DNA of 64,000 nt from assembly GCA_029258925.1 (NCBI GenBank), contig JAPDJV010000003.1, positions 22,895 through 86,894 on the forward strand, read 5' to 3'. A program made the position numbers and the translations under genes. Below the pieces are notes generated by a model, which saw nothing but the letters and a program-made list of their open reading frames with translations, did not search any database and was not told the DNA's origin. This DNA is from Thermoproteota archaeon (GTDB lineage Archaea > Thermoproteota > Thermoprotei_A > EX4484-217-1 > JAPDJV01). Within the stretch, counting starts at the first letter, position 1. Every line of letters starts with the position of its first letter. Shown here in pieces: positions 39,001 through 49,632 of the stretch.

Positions 39001-40353
39001 CTAATTATATTTAAACTTTTTCACAATGAATTCCTTGGATAACTTACTTAGTATAACACCAAAAAACACTGTTGAAATCAAACCCGTCAACACTATACCG
39101 TATGCAACATATGCCTCATCCGACACGGCCTTGAGAGATAAGTTGTACAGCATTCTGGCTATTTCAGTATTCGGTTTTTCCACGTGGACATAGAACCACC
39201 ACGATACTGGAAACATTGTAGGCCAGAAGCTCTCGGCTACTAGTAGGGGGACGAGAATTACGCTCTTTTCAACATCCCACTCGAATAAGAGTAGTATTGT
39301 GAGTGCTATTAGAGGGATCAAGTGCTGTGCATGCATGTTCCAATAGAATATCGTGTATGAAGCGTAGCCTAGCCATGTAGCTTCGACAATACTATACTTT
39401 CCCTTATAAGTCTGTAAACACACTATGATCAGTGCTGTAGAGAAGAATATTAGCCAGTACTTAAATACCCATGTGTAGTCCACGACTCCTCTCATAGATA
39501 GAAGCGATATTAGACTAGAATAGCCATTATGAGAATACTGTATTGGAAAACATATTCCTTCTTCCAAACCCGGCTTGAGAATGGCCGACATAATCGATGG
39601 TAGGCCCCCCACTATGGCAAAAGGTAGCATTATTATGGTTGAGACTATTATTGCCGAAGCAAGTATTCTAGCTGAAGACCTCCAACCATTCCTCCCGGCA
39701 ACGTAGAATATTAATGGGAGAACTGCTGGAAGAGCACTCTGCTTAAACATTGCCGCCAGTCCAATGGATACTCCAGCTAAAACGTGTTTCTCCTTCCTAC
39801 ACAATTCTATGGCTAGGAGGATGAATAGTAGGGGGATTACGTCGAACATTCCGTAAATACTTGAAACATATATTACCATAGGGTTAAACAACCATAATGC
39901 TACGGAGATAAAGCCCTTAAGCCCCCCTCCTACAATACGATATATCAGTACCCCCGCTAATATGTCTCCCCCCATTAGAATACTCTTCACGTCCATGATC
40001 CAGTTTTGGTCGACAAAAACTCTGAATACTCCCCCCTGATCAAACGTTTTCACGTGTTCTCCTGGATCCAGTATTGCGAGAACACTTAAGACGAGTATCC
40101 ATAGTGGAGGATAAGCGTAGGGCCATGGATACGGCCAGAGCTCGCCTGGCATGTACCGGTAGAATGATAACCCGTGTTCCAAGAATATTCGTGCAAAACC
40201 GTAGAACTGCGGCACGTCTGATCCAGCTGAATAGGGTGCAAGAGAACATCTTACAGCTAATCCCACGAAGAGTATTGCTACAGTAGCTGTTTTGAGCTTA
40301 GGAATACTTCCTAAGATCCTGCGATTCAATCTGCTGACCTCTAACATTATCAA
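39001..40353 (-). CDS. GT-C fold membrane glycosyltransferase (GT87/PIG-M-like)
   Basis: SD..F, YAYPPLW, FNP..IY.SSIYGMFD, AAMFKQ; multi-TM. Confidence 0.75.
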   Translation of the reverse strand: MIMLEVSRLNRRILGSIPKLKTATVAILFVGLAVRCSLAPYSAGSDVPQFYGFARIFLEHGLSFYRYMPGELWPYPWPYAYPPLWILVLSVLAILDPGEHVKTFDQGGVFRVFVDQNWIMDVKSILMGGDILAGVLIYRIVGGGLKGFISVALWLFNPMVIYVSSIYGMFDVIPLLFILLAIELCRKEKHVLAGVSIGLAAMFKQSALPAVLPLIFYVAGRNGWRSSARILASAIIVSTIIMLPFAIVGGLPSIMSAILKPGLEEGICFPIQYSHNGYSSLISLLSMRGVVDYTWVFKYWLIFFSTALIIVCLQTYKGKYSIVEATWLGYASYTIFYWNMHAQHLIPLIALTILLLFEWDVEKSVILVPLLVAESFWPTMFPVSWWFYVHVEKPNTEIARMLYNLSLKAVSDEAYVAYGIVLTGLISTVFFGVILSKLSKEFIVKKFKYN

Positions 40354-40693
40354 TTCTCTTCAATACTACAAATATTTTGGTATACAGACTTTCCAAACTT
40401 TCTATGGTTACACGTAGATTGTTGCAAGATCGTTGAGCATAGTTTTTGACGGAATTTAGGACGGCCGATATCAAGGGCTACTAGTTTAATAGGATTGAAA
40501 AGTCGTGGCTAGAAGTTATAGTACCTAGTGGGATCCTGTGTCCAAGATTTCTATGTGCAAACTACTATGGTATTGAAATTTCTGCAACATAGCCTAAACA
40601 TTTCCCCGCTTGGTCCACGTTCATCGGGCTATTATCGGTACTCTAAGTAGCATTGTGGGGCCTATGCAGTGGATTCCATGTTGCTACGATATT

Positions 40694-41941
40694 TTATTCA
40701 ATTTTTACTCCAAGCTTTTTATCAAAGTATTCTTTAAGCTTCTTTTTAATATTATCCGGTATTTCTGTCGAGAACGGGTACTTGTCTGGGATCAGAGTTT
40801 TCTTAAGGAATTCTTCAGCTATTACCCCGCAGTATTCTAAACCCTCCTTGCTAATGTATTCTAAGCTGTCTTCGATGGTGTGTATGAAGTATGATGATCC
40901 TCCGAATCTTGCAAACGATACTGATGGAACTCCTTTGGCTGCGAGGGTAGAAGAGTCCGAACTGTAAATGTCCTGTGATACATCCACGTGTATCCCCAGC
41001 TCGCTGCTCAGAACTTCAATAGCGTTCTTAATGTCCTCTCCACCTGAAACTATTGCGGAAAGTGTTCCGAGAGGTTGCCCGCAGACATCTATGTTTACAA
41101 ATAGTTTCGTGGACTTCAACTCCTCGCTGTATTCTTTAACGAACCTCCTAGACCCCACTAACCCCATCTCCTCCGAGCCGAATGCAACGAGCTTCAGCGT
41201 CCTCTTAACACCGGCTTCAGAGAATACTCTGGCCAGTTCCCCCACTACTGCTATTCCACCAGCATTGTCGTGTGCTCCCACAACATTGAATACGCTGTCG
41301 TAGTGTCCTCCAACAATAATTGTTTCATCCGGATAGGTTTTGCCCTTCTTAACTGCTATAATATTCCTCGACTTAGACTTGAATACTTCCTGCCTCAAGG
41401 TGACGCGGACATCTACAGGTATCTTGGAGTACAGTTTTAGGGCATCCTCATATTTGACTGCAACTATGGGTACTCTCCCATGCTCCCACCACTCCGATAA
41501 AATACTTATTTTCAATGGAAGCTTTCTGGGATTCCTTCCGACGAGAATTATTGCTTTCGGACTATACCTTAAAGCCCTCCTATAGTTTTCCGCTGTCAGC
41601 TTACCGTAGTAAAGCCATATTTTGCCCCTAGCCTTCTCCATAAACCTAGACCCGCATTCCTCCACGTACACTAGTTCCCCTTCAACACCATCACTAGGAG
41701 TGTCGGCAGACAAACCAACTCCACTACACTCGACGCTGACGCCCTTCCCCCCAAGCACATCTAGTCTCGCCTCAATTATCCTATAAGTCCACAGATCGAA
41801 TTCTTCAACTGAGACCTCGTAACCCAGATTACTGAAGTGTTTCCTCAATATTTCAGCAGCCTTCCTCTCCCCTTCCGAGCCCCCTAGGCGGGGGAAAGCT
41901 ATTTTCTTGAGAAGTTCTAGTGCTGACTCTCCCGAAAACAT
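40694..41941 (-). CDS. M28-family metallopeptidase with PA domain
   Basis: GGHYD, AHDNAGG, GSEEMG, NID, SD, IHT.ED. Confidence 0.9.
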   Translation of the reverse strand: MFSGESALELLKKIAFPRLGGSEGERKAAEILRKHFSNLGYEVSVEEFDLWTYRIIEARLDVLGGKGVSVECSGVGLSADTPSDGVEGELVYVEECGSRFMEKARGKIWLYYGKLTAENYRRALRYSPKAIILVGRNPRKLPLKISILSEWWEHGRVPIVAVKYEDALKLYSKIPVDVRVTLRQEVFKSKSRNIIAVKKGKTYPDETIIVGGHYDSVFNVVGAHDNAGGIAVVGELARVFSEAGVKRTLKLVAFGSEEMGLVGSRRFVKEYSEELKSTKLFVNIDVCGQPLGTLSAIVSGGEDIKNAIEVLSSELGIHVDVSQDIYSSDSSTLAAKGVPSVSFARFGGSSYFIHTIEDSLEYISKEGLEYCGVIAEEFLKKTLIPDKYPFSTEIPDNIKKKLKEYFDKKLGVKIE

Positions 41942-42118
41942 TCGACCACCTTGAAGTGAAACACGTATTCATATGATTTAAAAGTTTACTGTTCTCTTCG
42001 AACCTTGTTAAGGAGCACTTTCGACTCTACTCTTCTACTCTAATAATATTGGTCTCGCATAGTTCGCTTTGGAAACTTATATTACTTCTCCATCATACTA
42101 AATCTAGGTGCCTACACT

Positions 42119-43132
42119 ATGAGAGACAAGCTTAAGCCGGACATTCTGATAAAACACGTTCTCTCCAGAATTGGCTTAAGAGATCGCTCCGTAATAGGTG
42201 GTCCCTCCATAGGGGAAGATGCTGCCGTAATCGACTTGGGTGACGGTAGAGCACTTGTGGTACATGTAGATCCGATTACTGGTGCAGTAGAGTACTTGGG
42301 GTGGCTTGCAGTTAACATTGCCTGTAACGATGTGGCTGTGGCGGGGGCTAAGCCCAGATGGCTTCTGCAAGTCCTCTACTTGCCCGAGGGTACTAGCGTT
42401 GAGGTACTGAATAAGATAACTCTTCAAGTTGATTCAGCTGCAAGGGAGCTTGAAACCATGGTTGTTGGAGGACACAGCGAGTATACTCCTGGAATCGAGA
42501 GACCCCTAATATCAATGACTGCCATAGGGCTGACTGAGATAGATAAGCTTGTTAGAACTAGCGGTGCAAAGCCCGGGGACAAGATCTTAATGACTAAGAC
42601 TGCTGGCATTGAGGGTACAGCCATACTTTCATCGGATTTCAGAGAAGACCTCTTGAAGAGAGGGGTTTCAGGAGAGGTTCTAGAGAAGTGTGAAGAATAT
42701 ATTTGGATGATTAGCGTGGTCAAGGAGGCTCTTGCACTAGCTAGTAGGAGAATAACGTCTTCAATGCACGATCCCACAGAGGGCGGTGTTCTAGGCGGGC
42801 TAGCTGAAATAGCGTACTCGTCTAAGAAGAGCTTGGAGGTTTGGGAGGAGAGAATACCTGTTTCCAGAGAAACCCGAATTATATGCAATGTGTTGAACAT
42901 AGATCCTCTCAAAATGATAAGCTCGGGAGTGCTCATAGCAACCGTGCCGGAAAACCTTGTGGATGAAGCTCTCAGAGTACTCGGCGAGATCGGGGTTAAA
43001 GCAACTATTATAGGCGAAGTCAGGGATTGGAGGGGTTACCTAGTTCGGTTACATAGGAGGAGCGGGGAAGTCGAGGAATATAGCGACGTATACGTTGAAG
43101 ACGAAGTCATGAGGCTTTGGTCAAAAAAGTGA
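42119..43132 (+). CDS. AIR synthase-related (PurM/HypE/ThiL-like) protein
   Basis: GEDAA, DPIT, NDVAVAGAKP, GGHSE, MHDPTEGG. Confidence 0.88.
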   Translation: MRDKLKPDILIKHVLSRIGLRDRSVIGGPSIGEDAAVIDLGDGRALVVHVDPITGAVEYLGWLAVNIACNDVAVAGAKPRWLLQVLYLPEGTSVEVLNKITLQVDSAARELETMVVGGHSEYTPGIERPLISMTAIGLTEIDKLVRTSGAKPGDKILMTKTAGIEGTAILSSDFREDLLKRGVSGEVLEKCEEYIWMISVVKEALALASRRITSSMHDPTEGGVLGGLAEIAYSSKKSLEVWEERIPVSRETRIICNVLNIDPLKMISSGVLIATVPENLVDEALRVLGEIGVKATIIGEVRDWRGYLVRLHRRSGEVEEYSDVYVEDEVMRLWSKK

Positions 43133-43269
43133 TTGCTCAAAATTTCTAACCATAAATTTTCATCTATCCAAGCTTAAGAGCAGGATTAGAGCGATTACCG
43201 AGCTTTTTTATTACTTCGAGAAAAATTTAAGACTCTAGCAATTCTACTATTTCATTAAGGTGGCTTGAA

Positions 43270-46200
43270 GTGGGTACGAAGAATTTCTTCCCAATAATAT
43301 TAATGATCCTAATTATTACAACTTCGCTGGCCTCCCCGATAATCGTAGCCGCGGAGGAGCCTCATGGAACAGTAGTTGTAGAGAAAAAGGAGATTACTGT
43401 AACCATACCTCCGGGCGGACACTACGCTGTATTCTTCTATCCCGATAAGGGCGTATTCATGGAGACTCCGATAGCTAAGCCCCATCTACCTGCAAAAGCT
43501 TACGAAGCATTGAGCAAGGTTCCGGACTGGATCAAACCCATACTTGAGAGACAATTCTACGAGTTGATGAGGGAAGACTTGGTTGCTTCAGGTAATAGCA
43601 GTGTTTCTGCATCAGACTTCAACGGAGACGGCCTAGTGGATCTAGCCGTCGGAGGATCAAACGGCACCATATCATTCTACGTGAATGTTGGAAGCGGGTT
43701 GGAGGCAAGGTTTAAGCCGTACGATAGGATCACTGTTTCGAACAAGACCAATGTTGCACCGGTTCTCGCGGACATGGATGGAGACGGCCTAGTAGATATC
43801 GTGGTTGGGCTGGGTGATGGAAGCGTTGTCTTCTACAGGAACACTGGTACTATTGATAGTCCTGTCTGGAGCATCGACTTCAACTACTTCGAGGGCGTGG
43901 CTGTGGGCGGCTATGCTGTACCATTTGCTTTCGACGCCGATGGGGATGGAGATCTAGATTTAGCTGTTGGAAGCTCCGAGGGCCTAGTATACTGTTTCAT
44001 CAATAACGGGACCCCTGCTAGCCCGAGCTGGATTCTGGACCCCCAATATTTCCCCGCTTGGATAGAGGACTGGTGGGATGGTAGAGGACCACACTACGAG
44101 GGTGTCTGGGTTGGAAACTACTCTAAGCCTGCTCTAGCAACTATAGGTGGAACAACGTACTTGTTTATTGGCACGAATGGAAGCAGCATCCACGTCTTCA
44201 AGGCAACTGGTCTAACAGACGGCTATCCAACCTGGTCTAATATAGGTGTGCTTCCAGACATAGAACTGCCTGGTGCAAGGCCTTACTTAGTGGACTTGAA
44301 CGGAGACGGCTTGCTGGACTTGCTTATAGGATGTTCAGACGGCAGAGTGTACTTAGTGTTGAATAAGGGGTCTCCTGACAACATGCTGTTTAAAGTCTGG
44401 GAGTCTGGAGCAGAGGAAATGTTGCTTGCCAACTGGTTCTGGGGTCCAGCATACTATCCTGCAATAGAGTCTCTTACAACAGTTGAAACGACTATGAAGT
44501 ACGTTGACTACTATGCTGAAATAATATTGAATACTAGCGAACCCTACGTTGACGAAGTTGCCTACACTATTGCATGTGATAGGCCTAGCAATCTTAGGAT
44601 GCTAGCAGACAAGGATGCGGGCTACTTGTACCAATTGAATGCCGAGAGCATATATGACATGGCCAGTAAGGTTCCCTACGCTGAAATATCTGAGAAAGAA
44701 GATTATTCGACTCTAAAATATAAGACTGGAAGCGGGTGGCTTGAGACTCCTAGGGAAGTATATTACAAGTACTTGGTCATGTTTAACAGGTACATTATCG
44801 CGCCGTGGAGGTGGCCAGACACCTATAACGGTTGCTTCTACAGAACCTTCCTACCATACGATAAAACCTACAATGTCTCACTGTTCGAAAGAGTGTCGAA
44901 TGCTTCAACACTCTACGAGGCAGCATACCTAGTTGACTACTGGCTTAGAGCCGACATTCAGAGCTGGTGGCATCCCGGCCCGAAGCCTAGGGGATGGTAC
45001 AATATTTACTTCCACCTGACCGATCCAAACGCTGGCATATGGTGTGGAGAGTTCTCGATAATATATGAGGTTGCTGCCAGAGCAATGCTAATACCGACGA
45101 TAAACGTGGTCGACATAGCTGAAGACCACCAGTTCAACAATTTCTGGTACAACGATTCATGGCACCACGTCGACGCTTCGAGCGGTAGCAGTGGGGTAAA
45201 TGGTACTTGGGTGAACTACTTCGACCCGCCTAGAGGATACCATGACAGCTGGTTCCAGGGAACCTATCCGATGGAATGGGAGGAGGATGGAATGTACGAT
45301 GTTCCTTGGAGAAGCAAGGTTCCATATAATCCTCCGGACAAGCTTGCAAACCTACACTTCCACGTAACGGATTTGAACGGGAAGCCTATTGACGGGGCCA
45401 GAGTAGAGGTTTGGAGCCACTGGACTATAGAGTCCGGCTACGATACCGCTCCATATATTGGCGGATTCAACTTTACGGACATGAACGGCGAATGCACGCT
45501 GCCTAATGTGGGCTTAAGTAGGACCAACAATTTCACCATAATAGTTACGAGTAGAGTGGGTAGCACAATGTTCGAAGCACATATCGAGGAGGCAGGAGAC
45601 TACTACTTCAATGTAACCATAAACGGAGAACTCCCACCAGTAGCTGGCCCAGTAAGTGTAGTTGAGCCCACGGAAGTCTCATCGAAGTACATCAGCCTAA
45701 ATGTCAGCGTTGTCGGCGGAGAACAGAATCCGCCGAGCTGGATCCACGTATTGTACGCTTACTTCGACTACAAGTACTACTATGTCCTCTCAGGTGGAGT
45801 GAAGGCTGACGTGTACGTTTTAACCGGTAGCCGGTTCACGGAGTTCTTGAGCAACAAGCCTTTCGAGGCTATAGCGGCATTCGAGGACGTGGATAGCGCT
45901 TCAGTAAAATTCATCCCAGTTGGCTCGGAGCCGCTGGTCATAGTTGTCTCGAATAGGGATAGCGTTACCACTACAATAACTGTTGAAATAAGTGTGGCTT
46001 TACTGGAGGATGTAGAGGCTCCAACAACAATCATCACCAGCCCTGTTAGTGGAGCAGTATTCAACACTACCACGGTGACTGTCAACTTCACTTCTTCAAG
46101 TCCAGACATAGCTTACTTCGAGGTCAGCATTGATGGAGGAGAGTTCTTCAAGGCCTACCCACCTCTAGTACTGGAGGATCTAAGCGATGGAATACACGAG

Positions 46201-46785
46201 GTTGAGGTTAGGGGAGTAGATATTTCAGGAAACGTTGGCGAAGCAGTTGCAGTGGTTTTCACAGTTGACACAACACCGCCAATAATAGTCTTGGAGACTG
46301 TTGCAGACGGAATGTTCCTCACCTCATCCAACATAACCATTGAGGGAAGAGTAGTAGATGGAGTAAAATTGTGGTTCAATGGGGTAGAGTACCCGGTTGA
46401 AGCAGATGGATCCTTCAAGATCGTTGTTTTCCTAGTTGAGGGGGCAAACGTCATGGTATTCGAGGCAGCAGATAGTGCTGGGAACAAGGCTGTTAAGAGA
46501 GCAACGGTAGTGTATAGACCCGAATTGGCTACAAGACAAGACTTGGAGGCGTTGCAGCAGAGAGTTGAAGGTATTAGCGTGAACGTTAATTCAACTTTAG
46601 AAGATGTTATGAACAAGGTCTCTGAAGTATCGAGTGAAATGTCTGGAACTGCTTCGAACCTGCTCTCAAAAATGGAGGACCTGAGCTTAAACATGAGGTA
46701 CATGCAGGATATGGTCGGAGCAATAATTGCCATTTTAGCCCTAGTAGCTATCATAGGAGTATTCATTAGAGTTTCCAAAAAGTAA
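43270..46785 (+). CDS. Large cell-surface protein: FG-GAP repeats + transglutaminase-like domain + Ig-like domains + C-terminal TM
   Basis: Signal peptide; DFNGDGLVDL-type repeats; WCGEF...EDHQF...WHHVD triad; TVDTTPP Ig-like modules; coiled stalk and TM ending RVSKK. Confidence 0.88.
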   Translation: MGTKNFFPIILMILIITTSLASPIIVAAEEPHGTVVVEKKEITVTIPPGGHYAVFFYPDKGVFMETPIAKPHLPAKAYEALSKVPDWIKPILERQFYELMREDLVASGNSSVSASDFNGDGLVDLAVGGSNGTISFYVNVGSGLEARFKPYDRITVSNKTNVAPVLADMDGDGLVDIVVGLGDGSVVFYRNTGTIDSPVWSIDFNYFEGVAVGGYAVPFAFDADGDGDLDLAVGSSEGLVYCFINNGTPASPSWILDPQYFPAWIEDWWDGRGPHYEGVWVGNYSKPALATIGGTTYLFIGTNGSSIHVFKATGLTDGYPTWSNIGVLPDIELPGARPYLVDLNGDGLLDLLIGCSDGRVYLVLNKGSPDNMLFKVWESGAEEMLLANWFWGPAYYPAIESLTTVETTMKYVDYYAEIILNTSEPYVDEVAYTIACDRPSNLRMLADKDAGYLYQLNAESIYDMASKVPYAEISEKEDYSTLKYKTGSGWLETPREVYYKYLVMFNRYIIAPWRWPDTYNGCFYRTFLPYDKTYNVSLFERVSNASTLYEAAYLVDYWLRADIQSWWHPGPKPRGWYNIYFHLTDPNAGIWCGEFSIIYEVAARAMLIPTINVVDIAEDHQFNNFWYNDSWHHVDASSGSSGVNGTWVNYFDPPRGYHDSWFQGTYPMEWEEDGMYDVPWRSKVPYNPPDKLANLHFHVTDLNGKPIDGARVEVWSHWTIESGYDTAPYIGGFNFTDMNGECTLPNVGLSRTNNFTIIVTSRVGSTMFEAHIEEAGDYYFNVTINGELPPVAGPVSVVEPTEVSSKYISLNVSVVGGEQNPPSWIHVLYAYFDYKYYYVLSGGVKADVYVLTGSRFTEFLSNKPFEAIAAFEDVDSASVKFIPVGSEPLVIVVSNRDSVTTTITVEISVALLEDVEAPTTIITSPVSGAVFNTTTVTVNFTSSSPDIAYFEVSIDGGEFFKAYPPLVLEDLSDGIHEVEVRGVDISGNVGEAVAVVFTVDTTPPIIVLETVADGMFLTSSNITIEGRVVDGVKLWFNGVEYPVEADGSFKIVVFLVEGANVMVFEAADSAGNKAVKRATVVYRPELATRQDLEALQQRVEGISVNVNSTLEDVMNKVSEVSSEMSGTASNLLSKMEDLSLNMRYMQDMVGAIIAILALVAIIGVFIRVSKK
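43600..44365 (+). repeat. FG-GAP/VCBS Ca-binding repeats (4 canonical + 1 degenerate)
   Basis: DFNGDGLVDLAVG, DMDGDGLVDIVVG, DADGDGDLDLAVG, ATIGGTTYLFIG, DLNGDGLLDLLIG; GGAGACGGCCTAGT recurs at DNA level. Confidence 0.88.
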
Positions 46786-46970
46786 GTAATTACATAAACA
46801 TTACATTTTTCTCTCAACTCAGACCAAGACTATTCTAGGACTATATGGATTAACTCGTTAACTTCCACCAAGGAGAAGCCAAGAGGTTTTCCCAGGACAT
46901 CCTACGAAAAATTTTTAGAAAATACTCAGAAATAATAAATCAGTTCTCCACCTTGAGCAGGTAGAGAAAA

Positions 46971-47771
46971 ATGCCTGCAATATCTACAAAAATTTTACTC
47001 ATAGCAATAGTTGGAGTAGTGGCAGTAGGTGCCGTTGCCTACGTGGCCATCACTATGATGCCCCCTGGAGCACCTACACCCACAGGTACTCAGCCTCAAA
47101 CCACAACACCAGCAACAACCCCGACTACACCTGCAACAGGAACTCCAGGCCCTGGACAAATATCTTTCCAAGGCTTCAAGAAGCCTGGAGATGTCCTCAA
47201 TAGTATCAGCCACATGAAGTTTACATATACTACCAAAGACTATAGTGGAAGCATTGAGTACACTATTGTTGGAGAAGAAGTTGTAGGAGGAGAACAGTGC
47301 TATAAGGTTGAAGCAATATTCGTGTCTACGAACTACACTCAGCATGGAACACTTTGGATTTCGAAGTCTAGCGGAGAATGCATTAAAATAACCTTAAGCT
47401 ATGATGGTGAAGAACAGACTTTCACAGGTCAAATTGCCAAGATGATGGGGCGGGGAATACTAGTTGGCTTAACTCCCCTGATCCACTACACTGATATTAC
47501 GAGTAGTATTGTCGGGACTCAAGTCTGGCCGCATGGAACTGTCACGTGGACATTTACCACTATAACTATTAGTGGTCAAACGTTCAATGCCTACGTGATG
47601 GAGGCCACGATCAACCCGAACGATCCAATGTATACTCAAAGTAAGATTTCTAAGATAATTGTTAAGTTAGCCGAGCTCCAGCCGGGCAAGTGGTTCTTTG
47701 TTTACGGGGAGACGCAGTATACTGATGGAACTAGTGCCCGCGGAGAAATAGTTGAAATAACTTTAAAGTAA
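46971..47771 (+). CDS. N-terminally anchored extracellular protein with Pro/Thr linker and beta-rich domain
   Basis: MPAISTKILL+TM, PTPTGTQPQTTTPATTPTTP linker. Confidence 0.8.
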   Translation: MPAISTKILLIAIVGVVAVGAVAYVAITMMPPGAPTPTGTQPQTTTPATTPTTPATGTPGPGQISFQGFKKPGDVLNSISHMKFTYTTKDYSGSIEYTIVGEEVVGGEQCYKVEAIFVSTNYTQHGTLWISKSSGECIKITLSYDGEEQTFTGQIAKMMGRGILVGLTPLIHYTDITSSIVGTQVWPHGTVTWTFTTITISGQTFNAYVMEATINPNDPMYTQSKISKIIVKLAELQPGKWFFVYGETQYTDGTSARGEIVEITLK

Positions 47772-47779
47772 ATAGCTAA

Positions 47780-47786
47780 TTTTTTT
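47780..47786 (+). terminator. Possible oligo-T archaeal terminator
   Basis: T7 run 9 nt after the stop codon. Confidence 0.35.
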
Positions 47787-47837
47787 ATTTCTACACTCAT
47801 ATATGTAGTTCAGCGTTGGATTAATGGAGGTTAGAGA

Positions 47838-48767
47838 ATGGTTCACGTAATAGTTATCGAAGACTTGTGGAAGAGTTATGGCAGAACGCTTGCATTATCC
47901 GGATTTGAAATGCACGTTGAAGAGGGGAGAATACACGGTCTTCTCGGCCCCAATGGCGCGGGTAAGACGACTACGCTGAGGTCAATAATCGGCTTAGTGA
48001 GGCCGGATAGAGGTAGAATAACTGTTTTAGGCGAAGAAGTATGGGTAGACAAGGGTTACCATGTTAAAAAGTTCATCGGGTACTTGCCGGAGCTACCTCG
48101 CCTACCGGAGTGGGCTGGTGTTGGCGAAATACTGGAGAGATACGCTACTCTATACGGGATCCCAGTAGCGGAGAGAGCTAGGAGGATTAGGGAAGTATTG
48201 GAGACGGTGGAGTTGGAGGGGAAAATCGGGGCGAAAATTGGACACTTGAGTAAGGGGCAGAAGCAGAGGCTTGGAATAGCTCAGGCAATAATCCACGACC
48301 CCAAGTTGCTGATATTGGATGAGCCAATGCTAGGCCTGGATCCTGAGGGGATGGCTAAGGTAAGGGACATTATAAGAGGGCTTTCGAGAAGGGGAGTGAC
48401 AATCCTCATGAGCACTCACATGTTGAGAGAGGTTGAAGATCTATGCGATAACGTCACTTTGATTTCAGGCGGTAAACTATTGTTTGAGGGAAGCGTTGAG
48501 GAATTGAGGTTAAAGACCGCTGTTAGAAAATCTGTTCTAATAGAGTTGAGGGAGAGAACCGATGAAGCCGTTAAACTGCTTTCAACACTCGACTTCGTTG
48601 ATAGAGCTGAGAGGGTTGCTAGCAATAGGATTAGAGTTTTCTTCAGGGGAGACGAGGATCTTAGAGATGAGGTTGTCAGACTTCTAGTTTTAAATGGTTT
48701 CAGAGTGCTGGAAGTAAGGCTTCTTGCTCCAAGCTTAGAGGAAGCCTTCATAAGGTTGGTGAGGTAG
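47838..48767 (+). CDS. ABC-2 type exporter ATPase
   Basis: GPNGAGKT, LSKGQKQR, LDEP, STH; C-terminal SLEEAF. Confidence 0.93.
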   Translation: MVHVIVIEDLWKSYGRTLALSGFEMHVEEGRIHGLLGPNGAGKTTTLRSIIGLVRPDRGRITVLGEEVWVDKGYHVKKFIGYLPELPRLPEWAGVGEILERYATLYGIPVAERARRIREVLETVELEGKIGAKIGHLSKGQKQRLGIAQAIIHDPKLLILDEPMLGLDPEGMAKVRDIIRGLSRRGVTILMSTHMLREVEDLCDNVTLISGGKLLFEGSVEELRLKTAVRKSVLIELRERTDEAVKLLSTLDFVDRAERVASNRIRVFFRGDEDLRDEVVRLLVLNGFRVLEVRLLAPSLEEAFIRLVR

Positions 48768-48768
48768 G

Positions 48769-49632
48769 TTGAGCTTCAGCTTCATCGATAGAATACGTGC
48801 TATCTCAATGTACGAGTACAGTAGGATTAGGAGGAAGAAGTCTTTAATACTCCTTGCAATTCTAGCATTAAGCCCAGTATTCTTCTTGATAATAGTTAAA
48901 GCTCTTGGACTAGAGGTTTCAGGCCCTACTCTGTGGGCTGGACTCATAGGTCTGCCCGCAGTAGAGCCTGCGATCATTGTTGCAACGGGGCCTGTATCGT
49001 TTAGTTGGATAATAGGCTTGCTTTTCGGCGGAGACCTCTTAGCATCGGAGCTCGAGGACCACAGCGTTGACCTCCTGTTATCGAAGCCCGTTAGTAGAGT
49101 GCATGTTGTTGTGGGGAAAATAATAGTGTTGACCGTGATGCTGTTATCATTCTATTTTACTTCATCTATTACAGCGCTGGGTGTAGCTCATTACATTGCT
49201 GGACCACAAGCAGACGTCGAGGTTCTGCCTTTAATAGCGGTTACAGCGACAATAGTTTCACTAGGATATGCTGGGCTAGCTGCTCTCCTAGGAGTATTGC
49301 TGAGGAAGTCTTCGATAGCAATGATAGCTGCATTCATCCTATATTCTATTCTAGGAGTTATTTCAACAATAATACTCCTCATCTCGGTTTCACCCTCATC
49401 TAATCCAGCGGAGTTCTTCAAAATACAGGCACTAATACCATTGGTCAGCCTCTCCAATCTACCAACATATACCTTCGCCTACGTGACGGGTAAGGGTCTA
49501 CCGGCAATCGTGGGTAGTGGAGTGGTTGAGGCTTTAAGAGAAGTCTACTTAGACCACTTAGCAGTATCCTTGATGACGGTCATAGGATTATACATCGCTA
49601 CTTACATAGTGTACTCTAGAAGAGATCTCTGA
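48769..49632 (+). CDS. ABC-2 type permease
   Basis: 6 TM; LASELED..LLLSKPVSR..VVGK; ends RRDL. Confidence 0.88.
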   Translation: MSFSFIDRIRAISMYEYSRIRRKKSLILLAILALSPVFFLIIVKALGLEVSGPTLWAGLIGLPAVEPAIIVATGPVSFSWIIGLLFGGDLLASELEDHSVDLLLSKPVSRVHVVVGKIIVLTVMLLSFYFTSSITALGVAHYIAGPQADVEVLPLIAVTATIVSLGYAGLAALLGVLLRKSSIAMIAAFILYSILGVISTIILLISVSPSSNPAEFFKIQALIPLVSLSNLPTYTFAYVTGKGLPAIVGSGVVEALREVYLDHLAVSLMTVIGLYIATYIVYSRRDL

